A stretch of 64,000 bases of DNA from Chrysomallon squamiferum. Its lineage: Eukaryota > Animalia > Mollusca. Of this stretch, positions 56,501 through 64,000 are shown in pieces; the first letter of the stretch is position 1, and every line of letters starts with the position of its first letter. The stretch covers positions 6,696,001-6,760,000 of the forward strand of contig CM022670.1 of the NCBI GenBank assembly GCA_012295275.1. Reading direction: 5' to 3'. Made by a program: the position numbers and the translations under genes. The notes below the pieces were generated by a model. That model was not told where the DNA came from, searched no databases, and was given only the letters and a program-made list of their open reading frames with translations.

Positions 56501-59500
56501 CAGAGGAATAGACGACACTACAGGATTCCGAACAAGGTATCAGCTGTTACACAACCTTATTTTTAGTGTTATTTTCATTATTACTGTGCAGAACAAAAAA
56601 AATAATAATATTAAAAAAAAAAAATAGTTTACAAAAGGAAAAAGAACAAAAGTTAGGTAAATATTCATAATTAATAATAAAAGAAATATTTAAACTAAAA
56701 ATAATAAGAATAACTGCTTTATTAAATTTTATTATTATCTCAATGTTTTTTTTTCTTAATTGTTTTTTAAAAGTATAATTATAATATTACAAATGACCTG
56801 ATTTCTGTTTACAAGACTAACATTAAAAATGACAGCTTGATATTTGCTAGCTTTTATAAGGTACATAATTATCATTTGTTTATTTTTTGCAGAAACATTT
56901 TAACATTTCCAATCAAGAATGAAGAAGGTATGTACACACGATCTATTTGTTTATACAAGAGAGTAGTCTGTGTATTAACAGAATCTGATTTTCTTTTGTA
57001 TCAAAATAATAAAAAAAAAAAAAAAAAGCTAAAACAACCCAAAATTTTCATATTAAAATGTTATTAAAAAAAAATAAAAACATTCTTTTATATATATAAT
57101 TAGTTTTTGTTTTTATTAAAATGTTTTTGCAGGTGTAGTGTTGGGTGTGGCCCAGTTGTGTAACAAAAAGACTGGACCATATTTCACAGTTTTTGATGAA
57201 GACATTGCTTCAGCCTTTGCAGTTTATTGCTGTATAAGTATTAGCCATGTAAGCCTGGTTTTCTTTATATTGATCTGTAAATGTACTTGAGACTGATATC
57301 TAAATAGCCCTAGTGTTATAATTTAAAACTGATTGTTCGTATTGTTTTACCTGGTAAATGCTGACACTTGGAATAGGTAAGTATTGTAGTAACATGAAAG
57401 CCTAACAAGATTATTTGTTGTATTTTTACTTGTTAAATGATGGTTGTTGGAACTAGTAAGTGTTGTTGTGATATTAAAATCATAAATTATTTTTGATTAG
57501 CATTAAATATCTTTAAAAATTATTATTCATTAAATACATTACAATGGATCAGATAAGTTGTATGTTGACATGTTTTTTTATTTTTGTTTTCCTTTTATAT
57601 GGATAGTTTTGATTTTATTACAAAACATATACAATAGTTATTGAGAATGAATGTTCTTTTATTTTAGGTTTTTAGGATCTAACCACTTGTGCATGCACAT
57701 TCACACACTCACAAACACATAAATAATTTAATAAGTGAAAACATTTTCTTAGTTTTATTAAATAAAGATGTCTTTTGGTAATCTATACAGTTAAATGTTT
57801 TTATTCTTTTGTAAATGTAAGTATATTAAAAAAAATAAAATAAAAAAATAATAATAATATCCAGTCATTTATTAAAATAATATTTTAAAAAGGAAATTAT
57901 GATTTAACTAAATAATATTAACTAATGTTAAATGAATAGAAGAGGTGAGATACCAAGCATTATACAATTTGATATTCAAACAAGTAAATAAATAAAGTGT
58001 GTTTTAATTGATGTATAGTTTGCAGATCTCAAGTGTGTAGTGTATAAGTTTCTGATTTCACAACACCAATGTGAATTTTATAAAGCTTGTTTGACATTTC
58101 AGTCCCTGATGTACAAGAAGGTTTTAGATGCACAGTACAGAAACCATCTTGCAAATGAATTGATGATGTATCACATGAAGGTACCATAGCAACGCCGTAG
58201 TCCCTTGTTGTTGTGTGACACACCACAGCGCTCTTGTAGGCAGTGTAGCACGGCTCAGAATGTGTAGTTTGTCTGCTGTCTCTATGTTCTGTTTTTTTCC
58301 TTTCAACTGTTTTGTATTTTCAGTGTCTCATGTACAAGAAACTTCAGGACTCACAGCACCGTAGTAAACTTTCTAATGAACTTATGATTTATCACATGCA
58401 GGTTAGTTAGACATTTTTGCTCCTGCTTTCAGTGCTGGTTTATTTTTATTTTATTTTATGTTTTTTTTTTTTTTTTTGCATGGGTGCACTAACTTTCAAG
58501 TTTCAAAATGTTTAATGTTTCTTTTTTTTTTTAACTGGCCATGGCTTTACCCTCTAACCATGGTGGTTGTTTTTGTTCTCTGACTAGAGAATGTTTATGG
58601 TCAGTTTTATGTACCACTATGTAAAGTTCCTGTTGGTTTTAATTCAATATACTGAGAAAATTAGTTTGTTTTATCAGTACCACTAGATCACACTGATTAA
58701 TTCTCTCATGTTGGCTGTTGCATTACCGAATTATGGTGTCAGATAGGCTTCAGTGGAAACTGGTTTTTTCATTAGCTCAAAAGAACTATTTATTTGCTTT
58801 TTCCCACAAACAGGAAATCCTTGGGCATAATAGACTTAGATTACTGACTGATCCATAACAAAGATAAAAAAAATAAAAAATTAAAAAATTAAAAAACAAA
58901 CATAATAAAAATGTTTCAAAATTTATAAAAAGTTAAATGCTATGTGATTTGGGACATCTCTTATATAATAACAAAAATAAATAAATAAAAATAAAATTAA
59001 ATAAAAAATTCAACATGTTAATAATTAAGCTATTTTTAACTTACAGATGTAGAATATAACATAGTGGTACAAAATGAAGTTTAAATATCAGTGTTCTTGC
59101 TCCTTTGTTTCTCTGATAACCTGAGGGAATCTTTAATAAAACTTGCTATGTGGTTTTAACATATATAACATCCAATGCTCAGTGTTTTTAACAGTTGTAA
59201 GTCACGCGTTAAGTGGATTTTTACACATCAGCAAGAAAGCAGAAGTGTGAGTAGTTAATAAAAATACTCAAATTATCACATTACTAATGTTTTGTTTACT
59301 AATACTTTCTATAAGGGTAATTAACATAGACTTAATTTGTCATGAAAATTACAGCTTTCTTATTACAATTAACATAAATGTATTTCTTCTAAACATTAAC
59401 AGTTAATATTAATTTAATATCTAAAGGATATCGTGACATTATTAATAAAATTAACGTTAATTTATGAGGTTAATAGTGGCATTATGGTGAAGTGACATTC

Positions 59501-62500
59501 TTAGTGTAGTTAACATAAATGAAATTTATCAGGTTCGTTGGTGCTGATAGCATTTTTAGCATTATAACAAAGATAACATACATTTTATTTTTCCAGAATA
59601 TACTTAATATTTAATAACCAATAAAAAAACACTTAAAATATTATATAAAATATGTAAACAGGTTGTGTGAAAGTGTATAACAAATTAAAAAAATGAACAA
59701 TTTGCCTTTAACAAGTAATAATTTTCTGATGACTAAGGATTAAATAACATATATAAATTTGGAATAAATCTACATGATAATCAAAGTGACTTCTTTTTCT
59801 AGTATCCTTGTGATAATTTGTTTTGAGTTTATGATTAATGTGATGAGTTACAATGGGAATGGTGTAAATTATTTTACAGAACAGTCACATGATGTTAGTA
59901 AGGTAAGACAAATATACGTAGGCTAATCTAGAAATATCAGCACATTTATTTATAATCAAATACAGCAATCAAAATTTCTCAACATTCATATTGCTTTACT
60001 AAATGGGGGGAAAAAGTAAAAGATCCACCTTCATGATAAAATCTCACATAGTTATTATTAACTGCCTGATACTGTATCAGAATGACCGTGCTCTCTCAAA
60101 GGCTTTGGTGTGAAGTTTCTGAGAATTAAGTGAGAAAGATGATTTATTGATCTGAAATTCACACTTCTTCATAAATACCTGATAACACTAATTGGAAAAA
60201 AGAAACTTGACACTGGAAAGTTTATCTGTGTATAGGTCAGTGAGGTGATGTACAATGTGTATAAAATAACTGAAATGTCAGCAGCTGTAAGGTTTCTGAT
60301 CAGTTTGGTTATATAAATTTTGTATACTCATAAAAGTGGAATGGTTGTCTATGCAGGCTATTTGTTTTGATAAGAACAAGGAATCTTATATATGCACTTC
60401 TATAAGCAGGATAGCACATACTGTTGCCTTTATTAGATTTATCATTGAATAGGAAATTATCCAAAGGTTGCATTTAGGAGGGTTGATCTTGCCATCAATC
60501 ATGATTCATCTGAGCTGTCAAGCTATGAATTATAAAATAATTTAGAGATTGACATGCTTTTTGACACCATAGAAGTGTTCAGAATAAAGAAGGTAAGACT
60601 GAATCAATATTTTTCAGGTTGTAGAGCCAATAGGATATTTAGATCTCTGTTTTAAAAGTAGAACTTTACTAACTAATGAGCACTGACATTTAACAAAGCT
60701 ATTGGTATTGGTGCTGCATGTTCTTTGTTTCTGTGTCGCACATTAATAACAAGTTTCTCTTTCTGATTTCAGCAAACTTGACATCTTTGAAGTACATACA
60801 ATCATTCATTTCTATGTTATTTAATTTATGATTAAAGTTTTCACAACTGATCATTTTTGTAGACATAGAAAAAGTGGTGTAAGTAAGTTTTAATTATATT
60901 TTTCTACACTGAATTTTTTAATTGTTAAAAGTATTCAATGAGGAGTGAACTAAGAGGTAAATAAAATAAAATTCATATTGCTATATTTCAGTTTATCCTG
61001 ATAAATAATGTCTTTGAAGATGAAGATGGTAACTTGGGTATAGACTCTTCTGCATTTGTTTTTGACTGATGATGAAAACATGTTGTTGTATGTACTGTGT
61101 GTCACAGTATAATATATAGTCATATTTAAGTTATGTTTTACATGAATTGGTCAAGGGGTAATGTGAATGTTTTATCTTCTAGGTCTCACCATATGAAGTG
61201 GAGATGTACTGCAAACAAGACATCCCCTCAGTTTATAGTTTAAGTCCAGACTTTGACAAATTCTATTATGCTCCAAGAACACTTCCTGAAAGTGACACTT
61301 TAATGGTAATAGTGTAATACTAAAATACTGCAGCAGAACTTTCAAGTTAAAGCATTATATCTGAAATTTGTGTTTTTATTTCTTTTCATTTTAAATGAAA
61401 TGTATTCAGTTATTTAGAAAATTATTAAAAATAAAGCTAATTACATTATCAATTAATAGTTTATGGTTTAAGTATTGTAACTACAAAACTAATTTTATTT
61501 TGATGTTAGGCATGCATGGCTATGTTTGAAGAGCTGGGATTCATCTCCAGATACAGAATCAGGAAGGATACTCTTACAAGGTATTATTAATATATTTTTA
61601 AAAACTTTGCTTGTAGATTTATATTAATTTGGCAAATAATTTTATGTTTCTATTCTAAAGATTTTAATGTCATTCAAAAAAAAAAAATTAAAAAAAAAGG
61701 AAAAGAAAAGAAAGATTCTAATACATTTATGTTAGTGTGGACAATATCATTTTAATGTTCCTATTTAAAAAAAATAATAATGTTATTAATAACAATTATC
61801 CACAGTTTTACGGACTGAAAATCATTACATCATTGTTTTAAATCAAATAAATATAAAATGGGTACTAGACAATAAAAAAGCTTTTTATAGATCAGGATAA
61901 ATAATTATTATAATAATTATAATACTGGGACAAGATAAATATTGTTTATTAAAAGATTATTCTGAACTGACTTTGCTATTAGTTTTGTGTTGCATACTGT
62001 GCTGTAATTTGTGACTTGCTGTTTACTGACAGGTTCTGTCTGATGGTGAAGAAGGGATACAGAAACCCACCCTATCACAACTGGATGCATGCTTATGCAG
62101 TAACACACTTTTGCTACCTCCTTATTAAGAACATCAAACTAGAAAGATATTTGGAGTAATTACTTTGACATTTTCTTTGATTTTTCTTTTAAACTTGTTG
62201 ATATATGTTGATTATGTATTGTAGTCATACTGTTAGGTACATCTGTGTACCCTGTTAAAAGTTTTGTTCAGTGAACTGTGTTTTAAATCCTTTTTTTAAA
62301 ACAAATAAATACATGCAATAATATGGATAATCTAATAATTTTTGTGCATAACAGTTACACTCAATTTAATAGATACATATACATACAAACATACACCAAA
62401 ACACACACATATAATATTTTTTTTTTTTTTACTGTTATTTAAAGAAATCCATTTGAGGCATTATTTCATCACTGCTTGGTTTACACATCTTGTGATTTAT

Positions 62501-62691
62501 TTTTTCAGACCCATTGAAATGTTTGCATTGTTTGTGTCATGTCTGTGTCATGACATTGATCACAGAGGTACAACCAATTCGTTCCAGGTTCAGTCTGTAA
62601 GTTCACTAAACATTTGTTTTTCACTCTCTGATACCTGTACACTTTGTTCACTAGCAGTTAATATTTGAATCTGAAAACTGAAGTTGTATGC

Positions 62692-62737
<46 letters not shown>

Positions 62738-63286
62738 TGAGATAAAGTAAAATATGGTTTAAAATCATTTCTTCAAATATCCTTTCTTCACTATCTGAGT
62801 TCTGTACAGTTTCTTCTCTTGCTAAGGGTTGTTTATAAAATGTAATGTAATTAATGTTTTGAGGATATTTGATTTTGAAGGAGATAAAGTTTTATTTGAC
62901 CATTTGTTGTTATCTGTCTGAGTAGTGGTATTTCTAATAATGCATTTAATTATACATTTTTGAAATGAAAAACATTTTTAAAGATTATTAAGAAAAATGT
63001 TTTATTTTCAGCAATCTGTTTTGGCTGCTCTCTACAGTTCAGAAGGGTCAGTCATGGAGGTAAAATATGTTTAATGTTTATCATTACAGTTCATGTTTAA
63101 TCCTACTACATTTATGTGATAGTTTATGTAATACATACTACATATTACCAGTTACACAAATTACATAATCTGTTATCAGTTTACACCAGAACAGTTGTTA
63201 AAATACAAACAAAATTGAAGAATACAAATATTTCCTGTTACTGGTCTTACTTACCTTAAATATTAATAAAAACAAATTAAAAATCA

Positions 63287-63340
<54 letters not shown>

Positions 63341-64000
63341 AATTTTCTTTATTTGACTAATGCAATTTAAAAATGGATATTTTTTTAACATGGTTATTGG
63401 TGTTTATTTTCAGAGACATCACTTTGCTCAGAGTATGTGTATTGTAAACACAGAAGGATGTAATATATTTGAGAATCTCTCCAGCAAGGTAAGTTTTCTA
63501 AACTTTTGTTACTGATGTGTGTATATTTGTCTTGTTTATTTCTGAAATCACTTTTTAACTACCGTGTGTTATCCTTTATCTGACCATGTCTTGTAATCAT
63601 AGTTGCCCATAATAACTAATATTTTTATAGGACTATCAAAATGTCTTGGACTTGGTAAGAGACATCATTCTTGCAACTGATCTTGCTCATCATCTCAGAA
63701 TTCTCAGACAGCTACAAGAAATGGCAGACAGTGAGTGAAATTCATGTTTTATAAATCTGGAACAAATATTCAGTTAGGATCTGTTGTTGTACGATCAGTT
63801 AACAACTTGTTAATTGACAGAAATTATAACTGGACTGTAATATAAATTATATGGTAAAACTGAAATTTCTTTCTTTCTTTTCTTTTCTTTTCTTTCAGTT
63901 TTGCTTTGTTTGCTTATTTGTTTATTAATAACAATTTATTTTTGACAGTTTATTTACTATATTAATAATATTATTTTTCAGCTGGTTATGTTCTATATTT
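36404..64000 (+). CDS. PDE2A: Multi-exon gene: cGMP-dependent 3',5'-cyclic phosphodiesterase (PDE2 family), 3' end outside window
   Basis: About 28 GT-AG exons join in frame. The translation has PDE2-typical [66 protein letters not shown], the GAF NK..FDE motif, and catalytic [27 protein letters not shown] and ILATDLAHH. Confidence 0.96.
39471..39560 (+). CDS. PDE2A: PDE2 exon ([30 protein letters not shown])
   Basis: ttttcag acceptor, CAG|GTAAGT donor, phase 0-0. Confidence 0.85.
40331..40419 (+). CDS. PDE2A: PDE2 exon ([30 protein letters not shown])
   Basis: tttag acceptor, GTAATG donor, phase 0-2 fits neighbours. Confidence 0.8.
40875..40981 (+). CDS. PDE2A: PDE2 exon ([35 protein letters not shown])
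   Basis: aatag acceptor, G|GTATGC donor, phase 2-1, open frame. Confidence 0.75.
41620..41675 (+). CDS. PDE2A: PDE2 exon ([19 protein letters not shown])
   Basis: cttcag acceptor, GTAAGT donor, phase 1-0; GAF-like LCVPI motif. Confidence 0.85.
42397..42468 (+). CDS. PDE2A: PDE2 exon ([24 protein letters not shown])
   Basis: cacag acceptor, CAG|GTTAGT donor, phase 0-0. Confidence 0.8.
42601..42912. mobile_element. Degenerate piggyBac-like MITE containing a ~33-bp tandem array
   Basis: ttaa|ccattttggtgcca ... tggcatcaaaaag|ttta; about 5 internal copies of gagatatcttgtcatgctagatgactgctttt. Confidence 0.45.
46618..46714 (+). CDS. PDE2A: PDE2 exon ([32 protein letters not shown])
   Basis: ttgcag acceptor, G|GTGAGT donor, phase 0-1; leads into the PDE2 LCGELYD motif. 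Confidence 0.88.
46931..46983 (+). CDS. PDE2A: PDE2 exon, GAF-A start ([18 protein letters not shown])
   Basis: Matches recalled PDE2A GELYDLDASSLQLKVLQY; canonical splice sites, phase 1-0. Confidence 0.93.
47654..47728 (+). CDS. PDE2A: PDE2 exon, GAF-A ([25 protein letters not shown])
   Basis: ttacag acceptor, CAG|GTTTGC donor, phase 0-0. Confidence 0.9.
48174..48215 (+). CDS. PDE2A: PDE2 exon, GAF-A ([14 protein letters not shown])
   Basis: tttag acceptor, GTAAGT donor; resembles recalled PDE2A VIGDKVLGEEVSFP. Confidence 0.9.
48315..48440. repeat. Degenerate ~28-bp tandem repeat
   Basis: tactggattaat.acccattctgtta units. Confidence 0.6.
49918..49986 (+). CDS. PDE2A: PDE2 exon, GAF-A ([23 protein letters not shown])
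   Basis: tttcag acceptor, CAG|GTTTGA donor, phase 0-0. Confidence 0.87.
50694..50824 (+). CDS. PDE2A: PDE2 exon, GAF-A ([43 protein letters not shown])
   Basis: GAF motifs SLLCVPV and ALACVINK; taag acceptor, phase 0-2. Confidence 0.92.
51686..51797 (+). CDS. PDE2A: PDE2 exon, GAF-A end/linker ([37 protein letters not shown])
   Basis: Close to recalled PDE2[23 protein letters not shown]; phase 2-0. Confidence 0.95.
52235..52274 (+). CDS. PDE2A: PDE2 exon, GAF-A/GAF-B linker ([13 protein letters not shown]), short canonical form
   Basis: tttcag acceptor, TAG|GTAAGA donor, phase 0-1; matches recalled ALLQVAKNLFTHL. Confidence 0.93.
52275..53425 (+). CDS. In-frame Ser/Asp-rich extension of the linker exon (alternative donor at 53360|53361, or read-through to stop at 53425)
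   Basis: The longest ORF in the window (392 aa in the track), contiguous and in frame with a PDE2 exon. It has coding-like composition and no microsatellites, and contains a phase-1 donor CTAA|GTAGGT. Confidence 0.7.
53418..53643. mobile_element. piggyBac-like MITE
   Basis: TTAA|CCCTTTAG ... CTAAAAGGG|TTAA: TTAA TSDs and CCC/GGG termini. Confidence 0.7.
53811..54040. mobile_element. MITE with 16-bp TIRs, superfamily uncertain
   Basis: gggtcattctgtgtca ... tgacactgaatgaccc (15/16 inverted match); TSD unclear (aata/agta). Confidence 0.75.
54705..54768 (+). CDS. PDE2A: PDE2 exon, GAF-B ([22 protein letters not shown])
   Basis: ttacag acceptor, GAG|GTGAAT donor, phase 1-2. Confidence 0.95.
55221..55302 (+). 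CDS. PDE2A: PDE2 exon, GAF-B ([27 protein letters not shown])
   Basis: CSVFL and KVFDG cGMP-pocket motifs; phase 2-0. Confidence 0.95.
55708..55762 (+). CDS. PDE2A: PDE2 exon, GAF-B ([18 protein letters not shown]); start ambiguous (55702/55708/55711)
   Basis: [11 protein letters not shown] motif; three in-frame AG acceptors; CAG|GTAAAA donor. Confidence 0.92.
56455..56536 (+). CDS. PDE2A: PDE2 exon, GAF-B ([28 protein letters not shown])
   Basis: PDE2 signature AY.HPLFYRG.DD.TGFRTR; phase 1-2. Confidence 0.96.
56893..56927 (+). CDS. PDE2A: PDE2 exon, GAF-B ([11 protein letters not shown])
   Basis: ttgcag acceptor, AAG|GTATGT donor, phase 2-1. Confidence 0.93.
57133..57248 (+). CDS. PDE2A: PDE2 exon, GAF-B end ([39 protein letters not shown])
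   Basis: Intact NK..FDE GAF motif; phase 1-0. Confidence 0.95.
58103..58180 (+). CDS. PDE2A: PDE2 linker-helix exon, copy A ([26 protein letters not shown])
   Basis: tttcag acceptor, AAG|GTACCA donor, 78 nt, phase 0-0; close to recalled human [26 protein letters not shown]. Confidence 0.92.
58324..58401 (+). CDS. PDE2A: PDE2 linker-helix exon, copy B ([26 protein letters not shown])
   Basis: Long pyrimidine tract then ttttcag acceptor, CAG|GTTAGT donor, 78 nt, phase 0-0; 16/26 aa identical to copy A. Confidence 0.9.
61183..61305 (+). CDS. PDE2A: PDE2 exon ([41 protein letters not shown])
   Basis: ttctag acceptor, GTAATA donor, phase 0-0; PDE2-like F.Y.PR.LPE.DT. Confidence 0.93.
61510..61580 (+). 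CDS. PDE2A: PDE2 exon, catalytic domain ([24 protein letters not shown])
   Basis: Canonical splice sites, phase 0-2. Confidence 0.93.
62033..62155 (+). CDS. PDE2A: PDE2 exon, catalytic domain ([41 protein letters not shown])
   Basis: YHNxxH metal-binding motif; phase 2-2. Confidence 0.97.
62509..62596 (+). CDS. PDE2A: PDE2 exon, catalytic domain ([29 protein letters not shown])
   Basis: Class I PDE signature HDxxHxGxxN; phase 2-0. Confidence 0.97.
63012..63059 (+). CDS. PDE2A: PDE2 exon ([16 protein letters not shown])
   Basis: PDE2-typical [15 protein letters not shown]; phase 0-0. Confidence 0.96.
63414..63488 (+). CDS. PDE2A: PDE2 exon ([25 protein letters not shown])
   Basis: ERHH motif spans the junction; AAG|GTAAGT donor. 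Confidence 0.96.
63631..63730 (+). CDS. PDE2A: PDE2 exon ([33 protein letters not shown])
   Basis: ILATDL motif; GTGAGT donor, phase 0-1. Confidence 0.96.
63982..64000 (+). CDS. PDE2A: Probable start of next PDE2 exon, truncated by window edge
   Basis: ttttcag acceptor; a phase-1 join gives ...MADTGY, like recalled human MAEVGY. Only 19 nt are visible. Confidence 0.5.

Noticed and set aside
60570-60600. Strong-looking donor AAG|GTAAGA in the long intron
   Set aside because: No good frame-preserving acceptor upstream. No third copy of the linker exon was found in 58402-61182.

Overview
AT-rich, microsatellite-laden animal genomic DNA, with no prokaryotic features. The SINE/MITE repertoire suggests a gastropod mollusc, which is my inference. 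The right half carries a multi-exon + strand gene for a cGMP-stimulated 3',5'-cyclic nucleotide phosphodiesterase (PDE2A orthologue: GAF-A, GAF-B, HD-type catalytic domain). I reconstructed it by hand from 36404 to the window end; all junctions are GT-AG and phase-consistent, and the gene continues past 64000. The left 36 kb is non-coding, with MITEs, SINE and RTE-LINE fragments, tandem repeats and CpG-rich patches that may be distal first exons. The main discovery is an apparent combinatorial isoform system in this PDE2. (1) A tandemly duplicated, probably mutually exclusive 78-nt exon pair encodes the GAF-B-to-catalytic linker helix. (2) A ~380-codon in-frame ORF runs out of the GAF-A/GAF-B linker exon into the 'intron', with a phase-matched alternative donor. 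(3) A first exon has an N-terminus resembling the mitochondrial-targeting N-terminus of mammalian PDE2A2, and there are candidate distal alternative first exons. All comparisons to human PDE2A are from recall and need alignment to confirm.
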